From Xanthobacteraceae bacterium (GTDB lineage Bacteria; Pseudomonadota; Alphaproteobacteria; Rhizobiales; Xanthobacteraceae): a DNA stretch of 64,000 nt. The notes under the pieces are model-generated. The model was not told where the DNA came from and searched no databases. It worked only from the letters and a program-made list of their open reading frames with translations. A program made the position numbers and the translations under genes. Of this stretch, positions 54,271 to 62,920 are shown piece by piece. The stretch lies in assembly GCA_049300295.1 (NCBI GenBank), contig JBAQJL010000069.1:7175-71174 (forward strand), written 5' to 3'. Each line of letters starts with the position of its first letter. Within the stretch, counting starts at the first letter, position 1.

Positions 54271-56273
54271 GCGAGAAAACCGCCGCTTTGGAGAAAACGC
54301 TCGAACGCTCGAATGCCGCCATCCTCGACGCCGTCAAGCGCGCCGCGCGGCAGGAGCAATTCCTCGAAGTGGTTTCGGCCGAAGAGGCGCGACGGCGCTT
54401 TGAAGCCTCTATTGATCGCTCGCCGCTCGCGGGAGAGACCGTCGCACTCGCGGCGGCGCTCGGTCGCGTGCTTGCCGGCGACGTGATCGCGCCGGTCGAC
54501 GCGCCGCCGTTTGATCGTTCCAACGTCGATGGCTTTGCGGTGCGCGCCGCCGATCTCGCCGGCGTCAGTGCCAACGCGCCGCTGCGGCTCGTGCTCAACG
54601 CCGAGGTCGTGGCCTGCGGCGTGCAGCCCGCCGTCGAAGTGCTGCCGGGCACCGCGACGGCGATCGCGACCGGCGGTGTTATTCCACGCGGCGCCGACGC
54701 GGTGGTGATGATCGAACATACCGAGCTGATCGAAGACGGCGCCATTCCGGCGATCGAACTGCGCCGCGGCGCGGCCAGCGGGCAGTTCATTTCCTACGCC
54801 GGGTCCGACATTGCGCGCGGCGAGACGCTGCTGCGCCAAGCCACGCGCATCGGCTCACGCGAGATCGGCATGCTGGCGGCTTGCGGCCTCGCAGCGGCCG
54901 AAGTGGTGCGCCGGCCGCGTGTTGCCGTGCTTTCGACCGGCGATGAATTGGTGGAGCCCGGTCAGCCGCTCAAGCCGGCCGGCGTCTACGACAGCAACGG
55001 CGCGATAATCGCTGCGGCGGTCGTGGAAGCCGGCGGCGAACCGGTGGCGTTCGGTGCATTTCCCGATGAAGAGGTCGCGCTCGAACTCGCCATGCGCACG
55101 GCGCTCGCAACCTGCGACATGGTCGTGCTCTCGGGCGGCACCTCGAAAGGCGCCGGCGATCTGTCGCATCGCATCGTGCCGCGGCTCGGCTCGCCCGGCA
55201 TTCTGGTGCACGGCGTCGCACTCAAACCGGGCAAACCGTTGTGCCTTGCGGTCATCGGCGACAAGCCGCTGGTCGTGCTGCCGGGATTCCCGACATCGGC
55301 GATCTTCACCTTCCACGCCTTCGTCGCGCCGGTCATCCGCGCGCGCGGCGGGCTGCCGCAGGAAGCCGCGCAAACCGTCAAAGCGCGTGTCCCGGTGCGG
55401 ATCGCTTCTGAACTTGGCCGCGAGGAATTCGTGCTGGTATCGTTGGTCGACGCAGGCGACGGCCCGATCGCGTTTCCGACCGGCAAGAACTCGGGCGCGG
55501 TTACGGCTTTCTCTCAAGCCGACGGATTTCTGTCGATCGACGCGCTCGCCGCGGCGCTCGATGCCGACAGCAATGCCGAGGTGACGCTGATCGGCGAAGC
55601 GGCGCGCGCGCCCGATCTGGTCATCATGGGCAGTCACGATGTTGCGCTCGACGTCGTGGTTGGGGCGCTGGCCGCGCGCGCTTTCACAGCGCGCACCATC
55701 GCGGTCGGCAGTCTCGGCGGCGTTGCGGCGCTGGCGCGCGGTGAGTGCGACTTGGCGCCGGTTCATCTGGTCGATTCGGCGACCGGGGTCTACAACAAAC
55801 ATCTGCTGGGGCCCGGCATGACGCTGGTGCCGGGCTGGCGGCGTATGCAAGGCTTTGTCTTTCGCCCGGGCGATGCGCGCTTCGAGGGCCAGAGCGCGGC
55901 TAATGCGCTGAAAGCCGCGCTAGCCGATCCGGTGGTGCTGATGGTCAATCGCAATGCCGGGTCCGGCACGCGCGTGCTGGCCGACAGCCTGCTCGCGGGC
56001 GCGCGGCCTCCGGGCTATGCCAACCAGCCGCGCTCGCATAACGCCGTCGCAGCTGCCATCGCCCAGAACCGCGCCGATTGGGGCGTCGCCATCGAGCCGG
56101 TGGCGCGCATGTACGGGCTTTCATTCCTGCCGATCGCGCCGGAGGAATACGATTTTCTGCTGCGCGAAGACCGCCGCGATCGGCCGGCGGTGCAGGCATT
56201 CCTCGCCGCGCTACACAATGATGCTACCCGCACCCGCATCCGCGCGTTGGGCATGGAACCGGCGGGTGAATGA
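54261..56273 (+). CDS. MoeA-family molybdopterin molybdotransferase fused to a C-terminal periplasmic-binding-protein-like (type 2 PBP) domain
   Basis: 670 aa. The N-terminal 410 or so residues are MoeA (PPFDRSNVDGFAV, TGGVIPRGADAVV, SGGTSKGAGD, VLPGFPTSA). The C-terminal 250 or so residues are PBP-like (LVIMGSHDVALD..., NRNAGSGTR, ADWGVAIE). It overlaps the previous gene by 10 nt. Confidence 0.8.
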   Translation: MAMSEKTAALEKTLERSNAAILDAVKRAARQEQFLEVVSAEEARRRFEASIDRSPLAGETVALAAALGRVLAGDVIAPVDAPPFDRSNVDGFAVRAADLAGVSANAPLRLVLNAEVVACGVQPAVEVLPGTATAIATGGVIPRGADAVVMIEHTELIEDGAIPAIELRRGAASGQFISYAGSDIARGETLLRQATRIGSREIGMLAACGLAAAEVVRRPRVAVLSTGDELVEPGQPLKPAGVYDSNGAIIAAAVVEAGGEPVAFGAFPDEEVALELAMRTALATCDMVVLSGGTSKGAGDLSHRIVPRLGSPGILVHGVALKPGKPLCLAVIGDKPLVVLPGFPTSAIFTFHAFVAPVIRARGGLPQEAAQTVKARVPVRIASELGREEFVLVSLVDAGDGPIAFPTGKNSGAVTAFSQADGFLSIDALAAALDADSNAEVTLIGEAARAPDLVIMGSHDVALDVVVGALAARAFTARTIAVGSLGGVAALARGECDLAPVHLVDSATGVYNKHLLGPGMTLVPGWRRMQGFVFRPGDARFEGQSAANALKAALADPVVLMVNRNAGSGTRVLADSLLAGARPPGYANQPRSHNAVAAAIAQNRADWGVAIEPVARMYGLSFLPIAPEEYDFLLREDRRDRPAVQAFLAALHNDATRTRIRALGMEPAGE

Positions 56274-56289
56274 TCCATATAATACTCAC

Positions 56290-56814
56290 ATGCGCATCAT
56301 CGGCCTTGCGGGCTGGAGCGGTTCCGGCAAGACGACGCTGGTCACGGCTGTGATCCCGGTGCTGGTGAAGCGCGGGCTGAAAGTCGCCACCGTCAAGCAC
56401 GCGCATCACGAATTCGACATCGACCAGCCGGGCAAGGATTCCTGGCTGCACCGGCAGGCCGGCGCCAGCGAGGTTGCGATCGTATCGAGCCGGCGCTGGG
56501 CGATGGTGCACGAATTGGGCGACGAGCCCGAACCGCCGCTTGGCGATGTTCTGCAAAAGCTCAGCGCCGTGGATCTGGTGATCGTCGAAGGGTTCAAGCG
56601 CCATGCGCATCCCAAGCTCGAAGTCTATCGGGCATCGGTCGGCAAACCGCTCCTTCATCCCGATGACGATTGCATCGTCGCTGTCGCCACCGATGCACCG
56701 TTGCCGGCAGCGAGCGTGCCGGTGCTGCTGCTGGACGACATCGAGGGCATCGCCAATGTGCTGCAAGCCGAGGCGCTGCCGCGCGATCGGATCGCGTCGC
56801 TGGAGCAGACGTGA
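56290..56814 (+). CDS. mobB: Molybdopterin-guanine dinucleotide biosynthesis adapter protein MobB
   Basis: ORF 55954..56814 trimmed to ATG 56290. It has [17 protein letters not shown] (Walker A), VKHAHH, and is 174 aa long. Confidence 0.9.
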   Translation: MRIIGLAGWSGSGKTTLVTAVIPVLVKRGLKVATVKHAHHEFDIDQPGKDSWLHRQAGASEVAIVSSRRWAMVHELGDEPEPPLGDVLQKLSAVDLVIVEGFKRHAHPKLEVYRASVGKPLLHPDDDCIVAVATDAPLPAASVPVLLLDDIEGIANVLQAEALPRDRIASLEQT

Positions 56815-58124
56815 TGGCGCAGCTTTCCGATGATTGCTTTGCCTTCAACGGCCCGCTTCTGCCGGTCGCCGAAGCCGAGCGACTGATTGCCGAGCGGATT
56901 GCGCCGGTGACGGGGCGCGAAATCGTGACCTTGGCGAACGCCGCAGGCCGCGTGCTGGCGGACGATGTCGTCGCCCCAGTCGACCTGCCGCCGTTCGATA
57001 ATTCGGCGGTCGACGGCTTTGCGGTGCGCGCCGCAGATCTCGACGGCGAGCGCGAGTGCCGGTTGACGATCGCCGATCGCGTCGCCGCTGGGCACACCGC
57101 GAGCGCTGCGCTCAAAGCCGGCGCGGCGATCCGCATCTTTACCGGCGCGCCGATGCCTGCGGGCGCCGACACGGTATTCATGCAGGAGGATTGCCGCGTT
57201 AAAGACGGCGCGGTGATCGTGCCGCCTGGATTAAGGCGCGGCGCCAACACCCGCCTCGCGGGCGAAGACATTCGCGCTGGCGCCGTCGCGCTCCCGGCGG
57301 GCCGGCGGCTCGCGGTGCAGCATGTCGCGCTCGCGGCGGCGCTGGGCTTGGCCGGGCTCGCGGTGCGCCGCCGCGTGCGAATCGCCGTGTTCTCGACCGG
57401 CGACGAGATCGTCGAACCGGGCACGAAACTGCCGCGCGCCGCGCTCTATGATTCCAACCGTTATCTCTTGGCCGGGCTGATCGCGCGTCTCGGCGCTGAA
57501 GTGACCGACCTCGGTATTCTCAAAGACGACCGGCCGGCGCTGGCGAGCGCCATCGCTGCGGCCGCCGTTGACCACGATCTGGTGCTGACGTCGGGTGGTG
57601 TCTCGACCGGCGAGGCCGACCATGTGCGCGCCGCACTCGAAAGCATCGGCCGGCTTGTGTTCTGGCGGCTGGCGATAAAGCCAGGCCGACCGGTGGCGAT
57701 GGGCGTCATTCGCCGCCCCCACCCTAAGCCTTTCCCGCAAGCGGGGGACAGAACGGAGGGGGCGGACGGCACCGCCTTTGTCGGCCTGCCGGGAAATCCG
57801 GTCGCGGTGTTCGTCACCTTCGTGCGCGTGGTGCGGCTGCTCATTCTGCGGCTTGCCGGCGCGTTGCCCGAGCCGTTGATCGCGTTGCCGGTACGCGCGG
57901 CCTTTTCCTACAAGAAGCGCAAAGGCCGACGTGAATATGTCCGCGTCAAACTGCGCACGGCGCCCGATGGCGTCATCGAGGCTGAGAAATATGCGCAGGA
58001 CGGCGCCGGTGTGCTCACCTCGCTCACGGAAACCGACGGCTTGGCCGAGCTCGATGAGGACGTCACCAAGATCGAGCCCGGCGCCGCCATCGGTTTTCAC
58101 TCCTATGCTTCACTCCTGGGTTGA
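56814..58124 (+). CDS. moeA: Molybdopterin molybdotransferase MoeA (canonical), carrying an extra roughly 18-aa internal segment
   Basis: ORF 56670..58124 trimmed to ATG 56814, which overlaps the mobB stop by 1 nt. It has PPFDNSAVDGFAV, TGAPMPAGADTV, SGGVSTGEAD, IKPGRP and GLPGNPVA. Confidence 0.9.
   Translation: MAQLSDDCFAFNGPLLPVAEAERLIAERIAPVTGREIVTLANAAGRVLADDVVAPVDLPPFDNSAVDGFAVRAADLDGERECRLTIADRVAAGHTASAALKAGAAIRIFTGAPMPAGADTVFMQEDCRVKDGAVIVPPGLRRGANTRLAGEDIRAGAVALPAGRRLAVQHVALAAALGLAGLAVRRRVRIAVFSTGDEIVEPGTKLPRAALYDSNRYLLAGLIARLGAEVTDLGILKDDRPALASAIAAAAVDHDLVLTSGGVSTGEADHVRAALESIGRLVFWRLAIKPGRPVAMGVIRRPHPKPFPQAGDRTEGADGTAFVGLPGNPVAVFVTFVRVVRLLILRLAGALPEPLIALPVRAAFSYKKRKGRREYVRVKLRTAPDGVIEAEKYAQDGAGVLTSLTETDGLAELDEDVTKIEPGAAIGFHSYASLLG
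57713..57765. repeat. Nested palindromic (REP-like) element lying in-frame inside moeA
   Basis: The sequence is ccgccccc-accctaagccttt-cccgcaagcggg-ggacagaacgga-gggggcgg. The outer stem is 8 bp and the inner stem is CCCG/CGGG. It encodes part of the extra peptide RRPHPKPFPQAGDRTEGADG. Confidence 0.6.
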
Positions 58125-58221
58125 TGGCCGCGACACCGAAGACGCTGCGCCGTGGATTGATATGCGGCGACAATTCTCCCAAGCTGGCGCGCGCAAAACT
58201 CTGTGTGGCGGGAGGGCGAGG

Positions 58222-59214
58222 ATGAAAGCAAGTCAAGTCTTGGCAGCAGTGACGCTGGTGGTCGCGGTCCTGTGTACCGTCGATAATGCGCGCGCCCAAT
58301 CCGCTGCCGCCGCATGGAAACCCACCGGCAATGTCGAGTTCGTCGTCGGCGCTGGCGCAGGCGGCGAGAACGACCGCATCGCGCGCGCCATTCAGCGCGT
58401 GCTGACCAACAAGCACCTCGTCGATACGATGACGGTGCTCAACCGGCCGGGCGCCGGACAGATCATCGCTATGAACTACCTCGCCGGCAAAAAGGGCGAT
58501 GCGAATGAAATCGGACTGGCGTCAGGCAGCTTCATCAATGCCATTGCGCGCAAGGGCCTGGAGCTCAACAAACAGCTGACACCGCTGATCAAGTTGTTCG
58601 ACGCCTATCAATGCTATTTCACCAACGTCGACTCGCCGCTCAAGTCCATGGTCGACGTGCGTAAAAAGCTCAAGGCGGATCCAAATTCGGTGACCTTCGC
58701 ATTTCCGGTCGGGCTCGGCAGCCCGTTGCACATTTCCGTCGTCAATGTCGGTAAAGCGGTCGGCGCGCCAGCGAAAAAATTGGTCACCGTGGTGTTCGAT
58801 TCCGGCACCGACGTCTCGGCGCAGGTCGCGGGCAATCACGTCGATGTCGGCGAGACCAGCATCGGCAGCGCCATGCCGCTCATCTCGGGCGGAAAGAATC
58901 GCATGCTCGGCATTGCGTCGCCGGAGCGCCTTCCTGGTGAATTGGCGAAATATCCGACGTTGCGCGAGCAGGGCATCGACGTGGTGACGGCAAATTCCTA
59001 CACGGTGGTACTGCCGAACGGCTTGCGGCCCGAGCAGATCAAGTTCTGGCTCGATGCACTCGACAAGGTGCTGGTCGATCCGGACTTCAAGCGCGACCTC
59101 GAGCTTAATTTCTGGACGCTCAAGCCGATCCGCTATCCGCAAACCGCCGCCTGGATGCAGGGCGACTATGACGACAATCGGCGGGTCCTGGCCGAACTCG
59201 GCATGTTGCAATGA
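58222..59214 (+). CDS. Periplasmic solute-binding protein, divergent Bug/TctC-like
   Basis: ORF 57931..59214 trimmed to ATG 58222 (GGGAGGG upstream). Signal peptide MKASQVLAAVTLVVAVLCTVDNARA. The motif order is Bug-like (VVGAGAGGENDRIARAI, NRPGAGQ). Confidence 0.65.
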   Translation: MKASQVLAAVTLVVAVLCTVDNARAQSAAAAWKPTGNVEFVVGAGAGGENDRIARAIQRVLTNKHLVDTMTVLNRPGAGQIIAMNYLAGKKGDANEIGLASGSFINAIARKGLELNKQLTPLIKLFDAYQCYFTNVDSPLKSMVDVRKKLKADPNSVTFAFPVGLGSPLHISVVNVGKAVGAPAKKLVTVVFDSGTDVSAQVAGNHVDVGETSIGSAMPLISGGKNRMLGIASPERLPGELAKYPTLREQGIDVVTANSYTVVLPNGLRPEQIKFWLDALDKVLVDPDFKRDLELNFWTLKPIRYPQTAAWMQGDYDDNRRVLAELGMLQ

Positions 59215-60635
59215 GCGGTCGCACGCTGTTCGAGAAAATCTGGTCGGGTCATGTGATCCTCATCTCGCCGCAGGGCGAGGAACTTCTCTACGTCGATTTC
59301 AACTTGATCAACGAAGGCCAATCGTTTCTGGCGTTTGACCAATTGCGCATGGAAGGACGCAGCTTGCGCCGCCCGCAGCAGCACCTCGCGGTCACCGACC
59401 ACTATCTGCCGACCATCAATCGCGCGCTCGGCACCGCGGCCATGCCCAACGCCGAAATCCGTCGCGTGGTGGAGATGCTCGACGAAAACGCGCACGCATT
59501 CGGGCTGCCGCATGTCGGCTGGTTTCATGCCGATCAGGGCATCGCCCACGTGATTGCGTCGGAACTCGGCTTCGCGCAGCCAGGCATGCTGATCACCTGC
59601 AACGACTCGCACACCGCGACCAACGGCGCCTGCGGCGCGCTGGCTGTGCCGATCGGTGGCGGCAATCAGTTGCGTCACGTCGTCGCCACACAGACGGTTT
59701 GGTTGAAAAAGCCCAAAACACTGCGGATGATGATCGACGGTAAGCTGCCTCAAGCGGTGACCGCGAAGGACGTGATCCTGTCGATCATCGGCGCCACCGG
59801 GGTAGGCGGCGCGACCGGCTATGCGGTGGAGTATGCGGGCTCAGCGATCCGCGCCATGACGATGGAAGGCCGGCTGACGATCTGCAACATGTCGATCGAA
59901 GCCGGTGCCCGCATCGGCATGGTTGCGCCCGACGACATCACCTTTGCCTTCCTCAGGGGCCGTCGCAAAGCGCCGCACGGCGCCGATTGGGACAAAGCCT
60001 TGGCGTACTGGTCAACCCTGCCAAGCGATGCGGATGCGGTGTTTGATCGCGAGTTGTCGTTCGATGCGACGACTTTTGCGCCGATGGTGACGTGGGGCAC
60101 CAGCCCGGAGGATTGCTCGCCCGTCGATGGCGTCGTGCCGAACCCCTCTGACATCGGCGATGCCGACCGACGGCGTCACGTTGAGCGCGCGCTCGATTAC
60201 ATGCGGCTCAAACCCGCTTTGCCGCTCGAACAGGTTGCCATCGATCGCGTCTTTATTGGTTCCTGCACCAACAGCCGCATCGAGGACCTGCGCGCGGCCG
60301 CGCATGTCCTGAAAGGACGCCGCGCTGCGGTGCCGGGCATGGTCTCGCCGGGGTCGAGTGCGGTGAAGCGGCAAGCCGAGGCCGAAGGGCTCGACCGCAT
60401 CTTTGTAGCCGCGGGTCTTGAATGGCGCGATTCCGGCTGCTCGATGTGCAACGGCTCCAACGGCGAGATCGTGCAGCCCGGCGAACGCTGCGCCTCCACT
60501 ACCAATCGCAACTTTGAAGGCCGCCAGGGCCGTGGCGCGCTCACCCACATCATGAGCCCCGCCATGGTCGCTGCCGCCGCCGTTCACGGACGTTTGGCCG
60601 ACGTGCGCCGGCTTGAACCGGCAGCGAGCGTGTGA
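59211..60635 (+). CDS. leuC: Aconitase-family dehydratase large subunit (3-isopropylmalate dehydratase LeuC type; possibly a catabolic paralogue)
   Basis: 474 aa. It has MSGRTLFEKIWSGHV, the Fe-S Cys ligands (GSCTNSRIEDL, CSMCNG) and NRNFEGRQG. Its ATG overlaps the upstream binding-protein stop (ATGA). Confidence 0.85.
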   Translation: MSGRTLFEKIWSGHVILISPQGEELLYVDFNLINEGQSFLAFDQLRMEGRSLRRPQQHLAVTDHYLPTINRALGTAAMPNAEIRRVVEMLDENAHAFGLPHVGWFHADQGIAHVIASELGFAQPGMLITCNDSHTATNGACGALAVPIGGGNQLRHVVATQTVWLKKPKTLRMMIDGKLPQAVTAKDVILSIIGATGVGGATGYAVEYAGSAIRAMTMEGRLTICNMSIEAGARIGMVAPDDITFAFLRGRRKAPHGADWDKALAYWSTLPSDADAVFDRELSFDATTFAPMVTWGTSPEDCSPVDGVVPNPSDIGDADRRRHVERALDYMRLKPALPLEQVAIDRVFIGSCTNSRIEDLRAAAHVLKGRRAAVPGMVSPGSSAVKRQAEAEGLDRIFVAAGLEWRDSGCSMCNGSNGEIVQPGERCASTTNRNFEGRQGRGALTHIMSPAMVAAAAVHGRLADVRRLEPAASV

Positions 60636-61264
60636 TGCTTGCCTTCACCGTGCTCACCGCGGTCGCGGCGCCGCTGGAAATTGCCAAGATCGATACCGGC
60701 ATGATTCTGCCGGGCCGCTACATGAGGCGGCACCGGCAGCCCGGTCACGATTACGGCGAGGCGTTTCTCTACGACCTGCGGTTTGACGAAAAGGGGCAGC
60801 CACGCCCCGATTTCGTACTGAATGACGCCGCGTACCGCGACGCTAAGATTCTCGTCACCGACAGCGATTTCGGTTGTGGCTCGTCGCGCGAAGGCGCGGC
60901 ATTTGCGGTCATGGATTATGGGTTGAGGGCGCTGATCGGGCCGAGCTTCGGCGAAATATTCCAGGTGAACTGCATCCAGAACGGAATTCTCGCGGTGACG
61001 CTTGGCGAAGCCGCAATATCGGCGATGTGGCGTCAACTGCGCGCGCAGCCTGGCGTCTCGATCACCATCGACCTGCCTAATCAGGTGGTGATTGCGCCGG
61101 ACGGAGCTGCGCACGCCTTCGACATCAGCCCATTGCGCAAGGACCGGCTCCTTCGCGGCATCGACGATATCGACGAGACGCTGTCATATCTTGACAAGAT
61201 CGAGAGCTTTGAGGCTGCGCGGCGCGCTGCGTTTCCCTGGCTGCCGACCGCGCGGCGCGAGTAG
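60632..61264 (+). CDS. leuD: Aconitase-family dehydratase small subunit (LeuD type, divergent)
   Basis: 210 aa with FGCGSSREGAAFAVMDYG...PSFGEIF. The N-terminal IDTGMILP deviates from the usual LeuD NVDTDQIIP. It overlaps the leuC stop. Confidence 0.8.
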   Translation: MMLAFTVLTAVAAPLEIAKIDTGMILPGRYMRRHRQPGHDYGEAFLYDLRFDEKGQPRPDFVLNDAAYRDAKILVTDSDFGCGSSREGAAFAVMDYGLRALIGPSFGEIFQVNCIQNGILAVTLGEAAISAMWRQLRAQPGVSITIDLPNQVVIAPDGAAHAFDISPLRKDRLLRGIDDIDETLSYLDKIESFEAARRAAFPWLPTARRE

Positions 61265-61279
61265 AAAATCCGTGCCCGC

Positions 61280-61906
61280 TCACGCGCGCGGATGTTGCGC
61301 GGCGAGCGCTTCGGCGGACGCCGCATCCTCCGGCGTATTGATGTTGAAAAACGGATCGATCGGCGTTGCCGGCCAATCGGCTGTCGCGACGCCATGCCGC
61401 GCGGTCCACAGGTCGATCTTGCGCATGTCTTCGTCGACGAGCGCGCGGCGCAAATCCTCGCGCAGCGCCACCGCCCACAGGCCAACGACCGGATGGGTCT
61501 GCTCGCCCGATCGGGCGCAAGCAAGCGCAGCGCCGGATGCGATGCGTGCATCGTGCAGGCGGCTGACCAAATCCTTCGGCACGAACGGACAATCGCCCGG
61601 CACGCTCACAAGCCATTCGGTGCCGGGCGTATGCGCCGCTGCCCAGTCGAGTCCGGCCAGGATGCCGGCCAGCGGCCCGGCAAAACCTGGCACGCTGTCG
61701 GCGACGACGGGTAGCCGGGCATCGGCAAAGCGCGCCGCATCGCCGTTGGCGTTGATGATGATCTCGCCGCATTGTGGCGCGAGCCGTCCGAGCACGCGTT
61801 CGAGAATAGTTGCGCTGCCGATGCGGATGCGCGCCTTGTCGCCGCCGCCCATGCGCCGCGCCAAGCCACCGGCAAGCACAAGGCCGAGGGTTTTCTCGGT
61901 TGTCAT
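61280..61906 (-). CDS. mobA: Molybdenum cofactor guanylyltransferase MobA
   Basis: ORF 61280..61981 trimmed to ATG 61906 ([24 protein letters not shown]). It has GPLAGI and VPGDCPF. The longer track ORF reads through a REP element. Confidence 0.85.
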   Translation of the reverse strand: MTTEKTLGLVLAGGLARRMGGGDKARIRIGSATILERVLGRLAPQCGEIIINANGDAARFADARLPVVADSVPGFAGPLAGILAGLDWAAAHTPGTEWLVSVPGDCPFVPKDLVSRLHDARIASGAALACARSGEQTHPVVGLWAVALREDLRRALVDEDMRKIDLWTARHGVATADWPATPIDPFFNINTPEDAASAEALAAQHPRA

Positions 61907-61984
61907 CGCCCGGCTTGACCGGGCGACCCAGTATTCACCAATCGTGCGGTGGGTACTGGATGCCCCGCTTTCGCGGAGCATGAC
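61902..61984. repeat. REP family B inverted pair (mobA-fdhD intergenic)
   Basis: The left arm is gtcatcgcccggcttgaccgggcgacccagtattc. The reverse complement of the right arm is gtcatgctccgcgaaagcggggcatccagtacc. The left GTCAT contains the mobA start codon (CAT 61904..61906). Confidence 0.75.
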
Positions 61985-61993
61985 GGCGAAAAA

Positions 61994-62920
61994 TTACTCA
62001 TCGTGCATCGCGGCCTTGCGCCGGTGCTTGGCGCTCTCTTCCTCGACATAGGCGAGGTCCTGGTCGAACACGATGCGGTGTTCGCCGGCGAGGGCGATGA
62101 AGCGCTTACCGCGAGCGCGGCCGATCAGCGTCAGGTTGGCCTTGCGCGCCAGCTCGACGCCCCACGCGGTGAAACCCGAGCGTGAAATCAGGATCGGAAT
62201 GCCCATGCGCACCGTCTTGATCACCATCTCGGACGTAAGCCGGCCGGTCGTGTAGAAAATCTTATCGGGCGCGCCGACGCGGTGTTTGAACATCCAGCCG
62301 GCGATCTTGTCGACGGCATTATGACGGCCGACGTCTTCCATGTAGACCAGCGGCCGGTCCTCGTTCGCCAGCACGCAGCCGTGGATGGCGCCGGCTTCGA
62401 GGTAGAGCGACGGCGTGGTGTTGATCTTGTGGGCGAGCGTATAGAGCCACGACGTACGCAGTTTCGCGTCCGGCAGCGTGACATTCTCCAGCGCTTCCAT
62501 CAGATCGCCGAAGGCTGTGCCTTGCGCGCAGCCCGACGTCTGCACCTTCTTCTTGAGCTTCTTCTCGTAATTGGTCTTGCGCTTGGTGCGTACGACTACG
62601 ACGGACAGTTCGTCGTCGTAGTCGACGCCGGTCACAACGTCGTCCGGCTTTAGCATGTTCTGATTGAGCAGATAGCCCAGCGCCAAATATTCGGGATGAT
62701 CGTTGATGGTCATCGCGGTGACGATCTCCTGGGAATTAAGGAAGATCGTCAGCGCGCGCTCGACCGTGACCGAGGTTTCAATTGCCGCGCCGGTCTGGTC
62801 GATGCCCTTGACGTGCTCAGTGAGCCGCGGGTCGAGCGGATCGGGGCGGATCAGATACTCATCCAGCGGCGGGGCCATACTGCAATGTAGGGCAGGCGGC
62901 ACCTCGGCGGAAGCGGACAC
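61994..62920 (-). CDS. fdhD: Formate dehydrogenase accessory sulfurtransferase FdhD
   Basis: 308 aa with EDVGRHNAVDK, SGRLTSEMV and SGFTAWG. The start is ambiguous between GTG 62920 and ATG 62878. Confidence 0.9.
   Translation of the reverse strand: MSASAEVPPALHCSMAPPLDEYLIRPDPLDPRLTEHVKGIDQTGAAIETSVTVERALTIFLNSQEIVTAMTINDHPEYLALGYLLNQNMLKPDDVVTGVDYDDELSVVVVRTKRKTNYEKKLKKKVQTSGCAQGTAFGDLMEALENVTLPDAKLRTSWLYTLAHKINTTPSLYLEAGAIHGCVLANEDRPLVYMEDVGRHNAVDKIAGWMFKHRVGAPDKIFYTTGRLTSEMVIKTVRMGIPILISRSGFTAWGVELARKANLTLIGRARGKRFIALAGEHRIVFDQDLAYVEEESAKHRRKAAMHDE

Noticed and set aside
54855-55850. A 331-aa minus-strand ORF, plus similar ORFs at 50722..51909(-), 51933..52817(-), 57231..58100(-) and 45529..46218(-).
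   Set aside because: All are antisense shadows of genes with clear family signatures (MoeA fusion, Zn-ADH, Bug, MoeA, IorB-type). All have Arg/Asp/Gly/His-rich composition.
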